A stretch of DNA of 64,000 nt from Armatimonadota bacterium (GTDB taxonomy: Bacteria > Armatimonadota > HRBIN16). Location of the stretch: positions 129,851-193,850 of the forward strand of contig BPGU01000005.1 of NCBI GenBank assembly GCA_026003195.1, in the 5' to 3' direction. Below the pieces are notes generated by a model. The model saw only the letters and a program-made list of their open reading frames with translations. It searched no databases and was not told the DNA's origin. Both the position numbers and the translations under genes were made by a program. Positions within the stretch are counted from its first letter, which is position 1, and each line of letters opens with the position of its first letter. This document shows, one piece after another, positions 40,820 to 49,777 of the stretch.

Positions 40820-41269
40820 TTAACCTCTGTGTCTACTCACGTCACGCAGCGTGTACATCACCCGGTCCAGCCAGCTCGCATACTCCGTAAGGATATGCTC
40901 CAGTCTCTCCAGCGGCTGTAACCACGCATCCACCTGCTTGCGCTTCATCTCCACGCCCTTGGCGTCGGAATGCTGGAGCGCCACATACTCCGCCATGATG
41001 CGTAACGACTTGACCAGAGCGGTCGGCTCGATGATCTGGAACCGTAACAGGTCGCCATGCTTCATCAACTCGCCGGCGCTCTCCGGATGCAACTCGCTGC
41101 GCTTGACCAGGAACTGGTAGTGCTCCATAAAAGCCCTGCACTCTTTCAGGGCGACCTCTATCTGCTCCAGATGAGGTTGCAGAGCGCCCGCGATGCGGGC
41201 GCTCAACTGCTCGGGAACCTCGATCTCCAGTGCAGACTGAATCTGCTCTACTAACCGATAGACTTGCAT
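40820..41269 (-). CDS. hypothetical helical protein
   Basis: Start re-set to ATG 41269 with AAGGAGGT RBS. Confidence 0.65.
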   Translation of the reverse strand: MQVYRLVEQIQSALEIEVPEQLSARIAGALQPHLEQIEVALKECRAFMEHYQFLVKRSELHPESAGELMKHGDLLRFQIIEPTALVKSLRIMAEYVALQHSDAKGVEMKRKQVDAWLQPLERLEHILTEYASWLDRVMYTLRDVSRHRG

Positions 41270-41285
41270 GTGAACCTCCTTCTGG

Positions 41286-44087
41286 CTATTTGACCGGACA
41301 GGCGCCGGTAGAACAGTCCTCCTCATACGATGCGTTCTGTACACGAGTGGCGCTTAGCTCATACTGCTCTCTGCTGATGCGCTCCAGCGGCGACTGCGGA
41401 CGACTGGACTCGGGGAACATGGTCACTCCCTTCAATCTTGGCAAATAGAGCAACAGTAACTCGCGGATCCGGTCTGCACGCTGCTCCTCTGCACTGATGT
41501 TGATGGTGATGCTCACTGCGTTGTCCGCATACTCGCGCTGCACCAGCTCCTGCACGCGCAGGAAGTCCGATACGTCCAGATCAAACTGGCTCTCCAGCAA
41601 CGAGAGCACCTGCTCGTAATCGCCCAGATGACTCACCAGCCTGTCCACAGTGATATCCCGACACACATACGATACTACCGTCGTGTTGGGCTCGTTGATG
41701 GCAGACTCCACATGGTGGTAATCGCCACGCTCCAGCACGCGCTGTAGCTCCGTGTCGGAGTTGCTATACCGTACACGACGGATGTAGAACGGGGAATAGA
41801 GGGGCTGGATGCCCGATGTCACACCGGGGATGTTGTTGATGGTGCCGGTAGGAGCTACCGTGGTGCACTTGATAGGCTCCGCAATCCGCATCTGCCTGGC
41901 ATAACGACGCGCCTCCTCGCGCACCACCTCCCGGAACTTCCTGAGCTGACGCGCTACCCACGGTGAGGAACTGGCTTCTGAATACCGGATACCGTGCTTG
42001 ACCAGCCACTCGTGGAAGCCCAGGAAACCGACACCTATTCTCCTGTTCCGCTGCACGTTCTGCCTGGTCAACTCGTCCGAGAGCTCCGCAAAGGTAGCTC
42101 TCAACAGGAACCGGGACATCAACCGGAAGCATTCTACAGGGTCCTCCGCAAACGCCAGGTTCACATGACCGAGACAACATACGTCAAAACTGCGCATGTC
42201 AGGATAGCGCATCATCGCGATCTCGCCGCAGTTGTGACTGACAAAGCCGTTGGAGACGTAGCAGTGTGCACCTTCTACCGTGCAATCGTATACCTCCATC
42301 TCGCCCAGCGGACTCACCTGTTGCACCTGCTCCAGCCATTCGCCACGATGCTTCTTGCTCGTACGATTCAACCGGCGCAGACGCATCGCCTGACGAGCCT
42401 GCCGCATATACTGCTTGTCTATCCTCAAAGACCACGTGTCCAGCGACGGTCGGTATACCAGCACAGACTTGATGCCCAGCATGTTCAGATGCGCTTTCCA
42501 CCTGTACGGGTCCACTTTGTCCGGTAACCAGATGAACTCCGTGCCATCACTGGATTCCGAACCGAGTAGACTCAACATGTCCTGCAAGCTGTCGAACTCG
42601 TCGTCCGCGACGATCGCGCCCTGTATGACCACGCTGTCGCCAGGCTTCAAATCGGATATGGGAACCCATTGCTTTGTGCCGTCACGCTCCACCAGTAACC
42701 GATGGTCAGCAGTGGCTTCCAGACGCGAACCCTGCACGGTCAGTACCTCATACACGGGCTTCTTGCCGGTGCTGAAGAACCCGGAACTGTGGAAGAACTC
42801 ACCGTTATATACCGCCGTGAACTCGTCCCTCAGCTCCTTCACCGGCACCATGCCACGATCGGTCAAGACGAGCGTGTTCTCCGTCACGCACGGATTGGTG
42901 GAATAGAAGGTGGCGCCCGGCGCCTCGTCCACCTCGCACTGCGAGGCGTTGATGAATCCGGGCTCGCCGTTGGTCAACATGCCTTCTATCACCTCGTCCA
43001 GCACACGGTTCGCCCAGCCGTGTAGCGGATGCTTCCTGTTGCGTACCGCACGGAAGAACTCGTCGTCCACCACAACGGAGATGTTCGTCGTCCAGTGTAA
43101 CCGGAAGTCGCGCTTGCAGTGGATGAACTCAAAGATATCCTTGTCCGTCCACCACTTCATGGACATCCTGGCGGAACGCCTGGTGCCTCCGGCTATAACC
43201 GCCTGCGCGATGTAGTGGTCTATCTCCATATAGTCCAGACTGCTTAGCGGCGTGCCTGTGCGACTGTTCAACAGTCTGTTGATGCGATACAGCATCACCA
43301 TGAGCGCACCAGGTCCGGACGCCTTGCCCCCGAACCCCTTCAACTCCGCACCGTAAGGGCGAACGTTGCCTACATCTACCACAAAGTCCACCTCTCCACG
43401 ACCGGACAGGTGTAACTGCAACAGCTTCTCCAGTGCCTCAGCCCAGCCTTCACGACTGTCGTCCACGCGCAGGTAGTTGCCGTTCTCCGCACCGTCGTAA
43501 TCTACCGGATAGCGCGTGCTCAGCATGTCCCTCAAAGTGCGGAAAGGCTCGTCCGACTCCGCACCTACAGGTCGGTCTATGTCCTGATGGTTCGGGGAAC
43601 ACAGGAAATGAAGGTTCACAACGGTGTCCGGAACCCAGTAACCGTTCACCTGGTTCGGATTGGAATGGATGAACCGGTCGGAATAGTTTGCACCTACTCC
43701 ACCACCTTCCATCAACCGCAGGAAGGTGTAGGTGAAGTGTTTGTGGAACTCGTCGGTGAAATCCGCTACGAAGCAGTTGTTCACGAACTGCCGATACTTG
43801 TGGATGCCGGTAGCCCAGAGATGCCGACCGGCAGGGATGATCTGCATCGTCACCATCAGATGGAACAGCTTCTGGGGCTCCTCCGGCTCTATGAACCTGG
43901 AATCCACCAGACTGCAGTTGCCGTTGACTACTCTGGCACAGATGTCGTACCAGTCCTCTATACCGCCGTCTTGCTTGGCACGTGCATAGGTGCGACGGAT
44001 GACCGTCTCACCAAGGGGACCGAGATTCAATGGGATGCTCTGACGAGCCTGCTGAACCATCTCTGCAGTGATGTACTTCAACGCCAT
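41286..44087 (-). CDS. nrdJ: class II (B12-dependent) ribonucleotide reductase with intein
   Basis: PAGRHLW, NCF, GGGVG, GFGGKASGP, RRSA, TNP|C..GE, CCLG, TTVAPTGT, C-terminal CSTGACPVK. Confidence 0.93.
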   Translation of the reverse strand: MALKYITAEMVQQARQSIPLNLGPLGETVIRRTYARAKQDGGIEDWYDICARVVNGNCSLVDSRFIEPEEPQKLFHLMVTMQIIPAGRHLWATGIHKYRQFVNNCFVADFTDEFHKHFTYTFLRLMEGGGVGANYSDRFIHSNPNQVNGYWVPDTVVNLHFLCSPNHQDIDRPVGAESDEPFRTLRDMLSTRYPVDYDGAENGNYLRVDDSREGWAEALEKLLQLHLSGRGEVDFVVDVGNVRPYGAELKGFGGKASGPGALMVMLYRINRLLNSRTGTPLSSLDYMEIDHYIAQAVIAGGTRRSARMSMKWWTDKDIFEFIHCKRDFRLHWTTNISVVVDDEFFRAVRNRKHPLHGWANRVLDEVIEGMLTNGEPGFINASQCEVDEAPGATFYSTNPCVTENTLVLTDRGMVPVKELRDEFTAVYNGEFFHSSGFFSTGKKPVYEVLTVQGSRLEATADHRLLVERDGTKQWVPISDLKPGDSVVIQGAIVADDEFDSLQDMLSLLGSESSDGTEFIWLPDKVDPYRWKAHLNMLGIKSVLVYRPSLDTWSLRIDKQYMRQARQAMRLRRLNRTSKKHRGEWLEQVQQVSPLGEMEVYDCTVEGAHCYVSNGFVSHNCGEIAMMRYPDMRSFDVCCLGHVNLAFAEDPVECFRLMSRFLLRATFAELSDELTRQNVQRNRRIGVGFLGFHEWLVKHGIRYSEASSSPWVARQLRKFREVVREEARRYARQMRIAEPIKCTTVAPTGTINNIPGVTSGIQPLYSPFYIRRVRYSNSDTELQRVLERGDYHHVESAINEPNTTVVSYVCRDITVDRLVSHLGDYEQVLSLLESQFDLDVSDFLRVQELVQREYADNAVSITINISAEEQRADRIRELLLLYLPRLKGVTMFPESSRPQSPLERISREQYELSATRVQNASYEEDCSTGACPVK
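42231..42890 (-). mobile_element. intein (220 aa) at the RNR active-site NPC motif
   Basis: CVTENTLV...ATADHRLL...VYDCTV...VSHN followed by Cys. Confidence 0.92.
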
Positions 44088-44796
44088 ACCTCCGTTCCAT
44101 CATGGATGTAATGTAGTCTGTCAGATTGTCCAGATAGGGGATAAGATCAACGGGGCAGGAATCTCTGAGTCGTCTCAACGATACGAAGGTGTGCTCCAGA
44201 CAGCTGCTGCTCTCGCAATCGTCCATGACAGATAACAACTGCTGCCATAGCGATTTGCCCAGCAAGTCCATGATGTCCAGAACCGTCTCATCGTACTCGT
44301 TATCATTGTAGCCAAACGCGCTTTCCATGATGCTGGAATCCAGAAGCACCGGACTCCTCAACATGTAAGCGTTGTGCAGATGCTCCGGCAGATCTTCCAC
44401 GTCGTACCCGTTGCGCTGATACGCGCGGATGCGCTTGCTGATGTCGCGTGGAACAGGCAACTCATCCAGTACCTTGTTATACACGTAGCGCTTGACGTAG
44501 GAGACAAGATAGACGGCAAAGTCGGAGCCCCTGGTGCAATCGTACCGGTCTAGCGCTTCCAGCGCCGCCAGCCTCGCCCACTGCATCATGTCCTCACGAG
44601 GCACGCCCAGCGAATGGAGCGCCCTGTGCTGCCAGATGACCAGATAGTTCAGCAACTCCTCAACATTGCTCACATAACTCTCTAATAACCGAACCCGATG
44701 GAGCTCGTCATAACACCTGTGGTAACGCTCCGCCAGATCCTGCAAACATGGAGATATCCTGGTACGGAGGGTCTTGAATGCACTGCTCATTCCCAC
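44008..44796 (-). CDS. sigma-70-like factor (FliA/SigF-like region 2)
   Basis: EDMMQWARLAALEALDRYDCTRGSDFAVYLVSYVKRYV. Confidence 0.7.
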   Translation of the reverse strand: MGMSSAFKTLRTRISPCLQDLAERYHRCYDELHRVRLLESYVSNVEELLNYLVIWQHRALHSLGVPREDMMQWARLAALEALDRYDCTRGSDFAVYLVSYVKRYVYNKVLDELPVPRDISKRIRAYQRNGYDVEDLPEHLHNAYMLRSPVLLDSSIMESAFGYNDNEYDETVLDIMDLLGKSLWQQLLSVMDDCESSSCLEHTFVSLRRLRDSCPVDLIPYLDNLTDYITSMMERRYGVEVHHCRDGSAGSSEHPIESRSPW

Positions 44797-44922
44797 ACCT
44801 CTGAATGTGGACGGAAGCGAAGCGGCGGGATGGACGTCGCGGTCTTATCATCCCTGAGCTTCTAAACTTCCGTCTGGTTTATCAAATGATAGAGATAGTC
44901 TTGAGGCGTGGGAATGGTACCG

Positions 44923-46365
44923 CTATTGCCGGAACATTCCCGGAAGTTCTGTGCTCACATCCCACCCCACGGCGGCGCACAGGGCGCGTCGCTCCCTGAG
45001 GTAACCATCCAGCGTCGGGAAGCTGCGACTCATCTCCTTCACTATCGCCAGAACGTCCCGGTAACCGTCCACCGTGACGCTCTCCCACGGCGAACGGTCA
45101 CGGAACCTGTTACGCATCACCAGCAGCCGATAAACCAGCTCGTTGAGGGTGCGGGGCGGATACACCTGTACCAGAAGCTGGTTGAGCAGCGAAGCCAGCG
45201 TCCAGCGGTGTGTGTATCTCCGTTCTACTCTACCGCCTTCCCCGTCATCCACCTCGAACTCCCGACCGGTGATGAACATACCGCTGATTAACATGCTCGC
45301 CAGCCTGTCCAGCGCATACAGCACCTGCATCGGGCTCTCTAACCTCAACCGGACCGGATAGCCAGCCTGTTCGAACTGGTCGTAGCTCTGGTATTGCTCA
45401 AAATCTATCTGGACGCCCGTCATCAGGTCCAGAGTGTCCGCACTGGGGACGGGAACCACAAGGTCTATCTCACGACCGTCGCAGGGGATGTCCATCGGAA
45501 CCGTGTCCGACACCTGCACCGCCTGCCCGTTGACGAACAGACGACCATCTTGCACCTCATACTCCAGACAAGGGAACATCTCAGCGGGCTCCAGAGGCAA
45601 CGGACGAGCCAGCTGCACGGCAACCCCATCTCCGCTCTGCTGCCAGTACGGGTGCAGGTAGACCCTTAAACCGTTATCGCCCTGCGGGTGGAACACGGAG
45701 GAATAGCTGAACCAGTTGTGCAGAAACGGATACTCCGGGACAAGATACAACCTGTCCTGCTCGGCGTATGGATTGAGCACATCTGCCCGCGCGGACACGT
45801 ATCCCAGCGACATCACGGCGATATGCTTGCTGGACTGGATGAAATCCATCATGTGCAGGTGCGGGTTGCGACGCTCTATCCGCTCCACCAGCAGCAGGTT
45901 GCGGAAGAGTTTTGCTATCGTCTCGCCGTTGTACCTGTCCAGACTGCCTATTCGGGATTCAATGTATTTCAGCATCCCTGAAACGTCAGAGATGCCCAGT
46001 CGGTTCGCTTCCCATAAGGCGTATTCATCACGTCGGATCTCGTACTCCAGTCTGTCCTCGATTTGTTGACGGAGATGCTCCTTCAACACCTGCGAGGCGT
46101 CGGGGAAGGTTGCCCAAGGCTTTACAGCCTGGAAGAGTTGCTGTTGTTCCAGCAGGAACAGTTTGAGGTGCGCAGGACACACGATATCGGCGTGGACGGG
46201 ATGCTCGTAGAGTGCGCCCATAACATCCTCTGAGAACACCGATACCTTCACGTTCATACCGCGCTGCAGCACCTCTATCAAGTTCTCATAGGGCAGTCCC
46301 TCCTCTACACGCATGACCTTTACACGGCGATTACCGACGGATATAGCACAACGTACGTTCATCAT
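44923..46365 (-). CDS. hypothetical protein (480 aa)
   Basis: Long ORF with AGGAGG RBS; no motif recognised. Confidence 0.7.
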   Translation of the reverse strand: MMNVRCAISVGNRRVKVMRVEEGLPYENLIEVLQRGMNVKVSVFSEDVMGALYEHPVHADIVCPAHLKLFLLEQQQLFQAVKPWATFPDASQVLKEHLRQQIEDRLEYEIRRDEYALWEANRLGISDVSGMLKYIESRIGSLDRYNGETIAKLFRNLLLVERIERRNPHLHMMDFIQSSKHIAVMSLGYVSARADVLNPYAEQDRLYLVPEYPFLHNWFSYSSVFHPQGDNGLRVYLHPYWQQSGDGVAVQLARPLPLEPAEMFPCLEYEVQDGRLFVNGQAVQVSDTVPMDIPCDGREIDLVVPVPSADTLDLMTGVQIDFEQYQSYDQFEQAGYPVRLRLESPMQVLYALDRLASMLISGMFITGREFEVDDGEGGRVERRYTHRWTLASLLNQLLVQVYPPRTLNELVYRLLVMRNRFRDRSPWESVTVDGYRDVLAIVKEMSRSFPTLDGYLRERRALCAAVGWDVSTELPGMFRQ

Positions 46366-46399
46366 TGCCTCCTGTGTACTCTTTGTTGTGGTGTCGTAG

Positions 46400-48022
46400 A
46401 TGGCTTACATTTACACGGAATCGGATTATCCTCCGCTATATCAATCCATGCGCAGACTGGTGGAGTCGGATGTCAGGCTCAGCGCATGGAACTACCTGTT
46501 CCCGGCATCTCAGGCTGATGTGCTGGCGCATGCCCGTACCAGTCCGCAGATGGTGACGGCTCTTGCCTATGCGCCCAGTCATCCCAATATCCTGAACCAT
46601 CCGTTAACTTATACCACCGTCGTGGAGCGTGGTAGACGCAGGAACGCCTCGTCTCAGACCGCCCGGCTGTTCTCCGATATACTGGACACCCTGTACAGAG
46701 AGATGGGCGAGCGTCCCATATACAGTCTGTACGCCAGCCCCACCATCCCGTCACCGGCGTTTGCGCATCAGGACGACCCTGCGTTCCGACCGGGATTGAG
46801 ACCAGGCTCTGTAGAGAGCATCATCCGGCAGATGACGCCTGGGCATGTGTTCCTTGCCAGAGTGCCGTCTGACGAGTTGACGAATCCTGCACCGGCTGAA
46901 TCTGCAGAGGACCTGTCCAGAGTGCTCGGGGAATACGACGCACGTGAAGGCTTCCGGCGACTGGCGCTCCTGTATGAACGGTCGCCCGGTAAGAGCTCGC
47001 TGCTGTCCACTCTCTCCAGACAAACCGGCGCCGATGCTGATCAGATCGCCAGAGCGCTGGAGGCGAGCTCTGCTATCGGCACTGCACGCGATGCCAGGTC
47101 CATGATCCGCACGGTCGCCCATGAGTTCGCACATGCCAACATCCAGCCGGTGCCGCCCATTGCCACCTCGGCGCTGTTCAGGATGTTACGGGGCAAGACC
47201 AGTCCGACAGATGTTGCGGTTGCGGAGCTGATGCAGTCCCAGTATCTGGACGAAGCGCTATCTGATACATTCGCCGCAGCGGTCTCACTGGATCCTGAAG
47301 GCATCGCTCATTCCCGGTACGCGTTCGCCGCCGCATCACAGATATATGCAGCGGCACGCAGGAACAGGCAGGAGCTGAAGGGCTGGAAGTATGGAGACCC
47401 GTTCAAGCTGGTGGTCATGGATCCCAAACTGGTGGAGGATGTGGATTCCCCGCTTGGTAGACTGCTGAGGGACGAGTTGCGCAGGTATCCGCTGGACAAA
47501 ATCGCGGATGTGGACCAGATAGAGGACGAGAAGGGCGAGTTGAACATCGAGGCGTTGACCGGCGTTATCTCCCGAATCAGCGGTATCAACAGCACCGTCG
47601 CGCAGGAACTGTATCGCAAGCTGAGCGGGGGCACGCTGGACCTCAGTCGCTACGGTGGCGACGAGCGCCAGCTACGTCAGGTGATAGAGACCTGGGGCAG
47701 CAGACTCTGGAGCACCGCCTACATGATAGGCAAAGCCTCGCCGGAGCTGATAGGCAAGGAGATAGAGGTCACTCCGGAAGGCGTGTTCATGGACGGTGAG
47801 AAGCTGGACCTCGCTAAGACAGGTATCCCCGACCTGGACTATCTGTCCTTGACCGGCAGGGGCGAGATGCATCCGGAACAGCTGGAACGCGCCCATAACG
47901 CGCTGGAGATGTATCGTCGTGCCAAACGGGCGCTCCTGAGAGGCAAACGACTCGTTCTGCAGGCTGGTATGGCAGCCACCGAGATCGTGCAGTCGTGGAG
48001 GCGCGAGTTCGGCGCCATCTGA
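46400..48022 (+). CDS. zincin-like (HExxH) protein, paralog 1
   Basis: HEFAH...DEALSD; shares motifs with the next two large ORFs. Confidence 0.75.
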   Translation: MAYIYTESDYPPLYQSMRRLVESDVRLSAWNYLFPASQADVLAHARTSPQMVTALAYAPSHPNILNHPLTYTTVVERGRRRNASSQTARLFSDILDTLYREMGERPIYSLYASPTIPSPAFAHQDDPAFRPGLRPGSVESIIRQMTPGHVFLARVPSDELTNPAPAESAEDLSRVLGEYDAREGFRRLALLYERSPGKSSLLSTLSRQTGADADQIARALEASSAIGTARDARSMIRTVAHEFAHANIQPVPPIATSALFRMLRGKTSPTDVAVAELMQSQYLDEALSDTFAAAVSLDPEGIAHSRYAFAAASQIYAAARRNRQELKGWKYGDPFKLVVMDPKLVEDVDSPLGRLLRDELRRYPLDKIADVDQIEDEKGELNIEALTGVISRISGINSTVAQELYRKLSGGTLDLSRYGGDERQLRQVIETWGSRLWSTAYMIGKASPELIGKEIEVTPEGVFMDGEKLDLAKTGIPDLDYLSLTGRGEMHPEQLERAHNALEMYRRAKRALLRGKRLVLQAGMAATEIVQSWRREFGAI

Positions 48023-48058
48023 TTGTTGCGCCATCTGATTGTTGCGCCATCTGATTGT
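48012..48058 (+). repeat. 16-bp tandem repeat x3 spanning a stop codon
   Basis: gcgccatctgattgtt x3 (last copy 15 bp). Confidence 0.9.
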
Positions 48059-48092
48059 CCACCGTGTGTACTGGTAAGCACGGTGGATACGG

Positions 48093-48254
48093 ATGTACAT
48101 ATTCTCCGAACAGGACCTCAACCGATCCTGGCAGGCGTTTAACGAGCTCTTCCAGCAAGACGTTGTACCCCGCATCAAGGCGAGCATCATGGGGCACTAC
48201 ATGCAGCATAAGACGCCCTATGATGCGTTCCGATACTCGCCCGCCGTCTGGTAG
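48093..48254 (+). CDS. 53-aa ORF resembling the N-terminus of the zincin paralogs (detached N-terminus of paralog 2)
   Basis: MYIFSEQDL... resembles MAYIYTESDY (paralog 1) and PIYTQEHL (paralog 3); TAG overlaps GTG at 48254; absent from the ORF track. Confidence 0.6.
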   Translation: MYIFSEQDLNRSWQAFNELFQQDVVPRIKASIMGHYMQHKTPYDAFRYSPAVW

Positions 48255-49777
48255 TGTCTGCCCAGTCCGCCGAGGAGCTCCGCTCCGGCATGCTCATGGG
48301 CGTAGAACGCGCCGTCATGGAAGCGGTAGGGCCTGATAACAAGCGCAGGAACCTCGCCGTATACCTGCGCGGTCAACCTGTCACCGGTCAGGCACAGGAT
48401 ATCGCCAGAGTCGGAGGCGGCGAACTCTACCATTCCATCTACAGCGAGCTTGCCAGAGCCGTAGGTGGCGCACAGTTCAACCTGTATGCCAGCAAGGAAG
48501 GACACTCTGCATGGGGACAGGAAGCCATCACGGACTATCCGGATATCAACCTGTCCGCAAGGATGCTCGCAGGTGACCGCACCGAGCTGATGCGCGAGGT
48601 AGCACGTCAGACCGCGCCGGTATATCAGATAGCGTACAAATACAACGCCCCCAACGGTGGGGATCCCGCTTCCGTACCGAGCAACCTCGTGGCTCCCATA
48701 CATGCCGGAATGGATCCAGATGAAGCCAAACGGTTGGTAAGGGAATCTTACAGATACGCTACCGGTCAGGAAGATGATCTTCCCATCTCGCTGGCAGCCC
48801 ACGAGTTCGCACACACCACGCTTCAGCCCAGCAGGATGGTTCCGCACAGCGTGGTTCAGGAATACGTGCAGGGCAAGAGATCTCTGGCGGATATCCTCAC
48901 ACGCGGCGTGCTGGAATCGCAGTTCCTCAACGAGGCTCGCGCGGACATGTTCTCCATGGCGATCAGTCTCAACCCGCAGGCGATGGTGCGCGGGCGCTAC
49001 GCGATGGGCGCATACGGTAAAGCGCTGTCCAGTCGCAGCGGCGAGATGCAGGGCTGGAAGTTCGGTGACCCCCTCAACGTGCGCGTGATTGATCCCCAGA
49101 TGATTGAATCGGAGACGTCACCGCTGGCGCAACTGGTCAACCGATACGCCACAGCGGTCTCCGAACGGATACTCCACAATACCGCCAGAACGGGTGACCT
49201 GATGGCGGATGCCGCCGCTTCTGCAATGGACCAGCAAACGGTTGAGAAGCTAAGAGCGACAATGGACCCGTTAAACATGGTGAGGAATGCGAAGCTGGAC
49301 ATCTATGCCTCCGCATACTTCTCCAGAACGATAAAGAGACTCAGCAGTGATATCATGCGCCCCATCATTGAGGACTACCGTTCCGGAATGCTCGGTAACC
49401 TGCACCCGGATGTGGAGGAGCTGATCAAGTATCAGGGCACGAGACTTTGGGCTCTCGGATACATGGTGGGCAAGAGCAGACCGGACCTGATCGGCGAGCA
49501 GTTGAGCGTAACCCCAGACTCTGTTCGTGTCGCATCCACAGGCGAGGAGTTGAACATCGCCGAGCTTTTACCTTCACTCAACATCTCATCCATGTACGGT
49601 CCGCAGGTGATGCATCCCGTGCAGATGGAGCGGGGCTTCAAGGCGCTGGAGATATACGACAGGGCGAGAGAGGCTATCAGGCAAGGTGTTCGGTTGAACC
49701 TGTCGCCCGGCACACCAGCCGCCGATGTCGTGTCCGCATGGCGCGACCGGTTCTGGAAGGTGATGAACGATGTCTAA
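48254..49777 (+). CDS. zincin-like (HExxH) protein, paralog 2
   Basis: HEFAH...NEARAD; GWKFGDP; RLW..YMVGKSRPDLIG. Confidence 0.75.
   Translation: MSAQSAEELRSGMLMGVERAVMEAVGPDNKRRNLAVYLRGQPVTGQAQDIARVGGGELYHSIYSELARAVGGAQFNLYASKEGHSAWGQEAITDYPDINLSARMLAGDRTELMREVARQTAPVYQIAYKYNAPNGGDPASVPSNLVAPIHAGMDPDEAKRLVRESYRYATGQEDDLPISLAAHEFAHTTLQPSRMVPHSVVQEYVQGKRSLADILTRGVLESQFLNEARADMFSMAISLNPQAMVRGRYAMGAYGKALSSRSGEMQGWKFGDPLNVRVIDPQMIESETSPLAQLVNRYATAVSERILHNTARTGDLMADAAASAMDQQTVEKLRATMDPLNMVRNAKLDIYASAYFSRTIKRLSSDIMRPIIEDYRSGMLGNLHPDVEELIKYQGTRLWALGYMVGKSRPDLIGEQLSVTPDSVRVASTGEELNIAELLPSLNISSMYGPQVMHPVQMERGFKALEIYDRAREAIRQGVRLNLSPGTPAADVVSAWRDRFWKVMNDV

Noticed and set aside
44797-44922. tRNA or other ncRNA in this intergenic gap
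   Set aside because: No cloverleaf, T-loop motif or strong hairpin evident; no tRNA or rRNA recognised anywhere in the window
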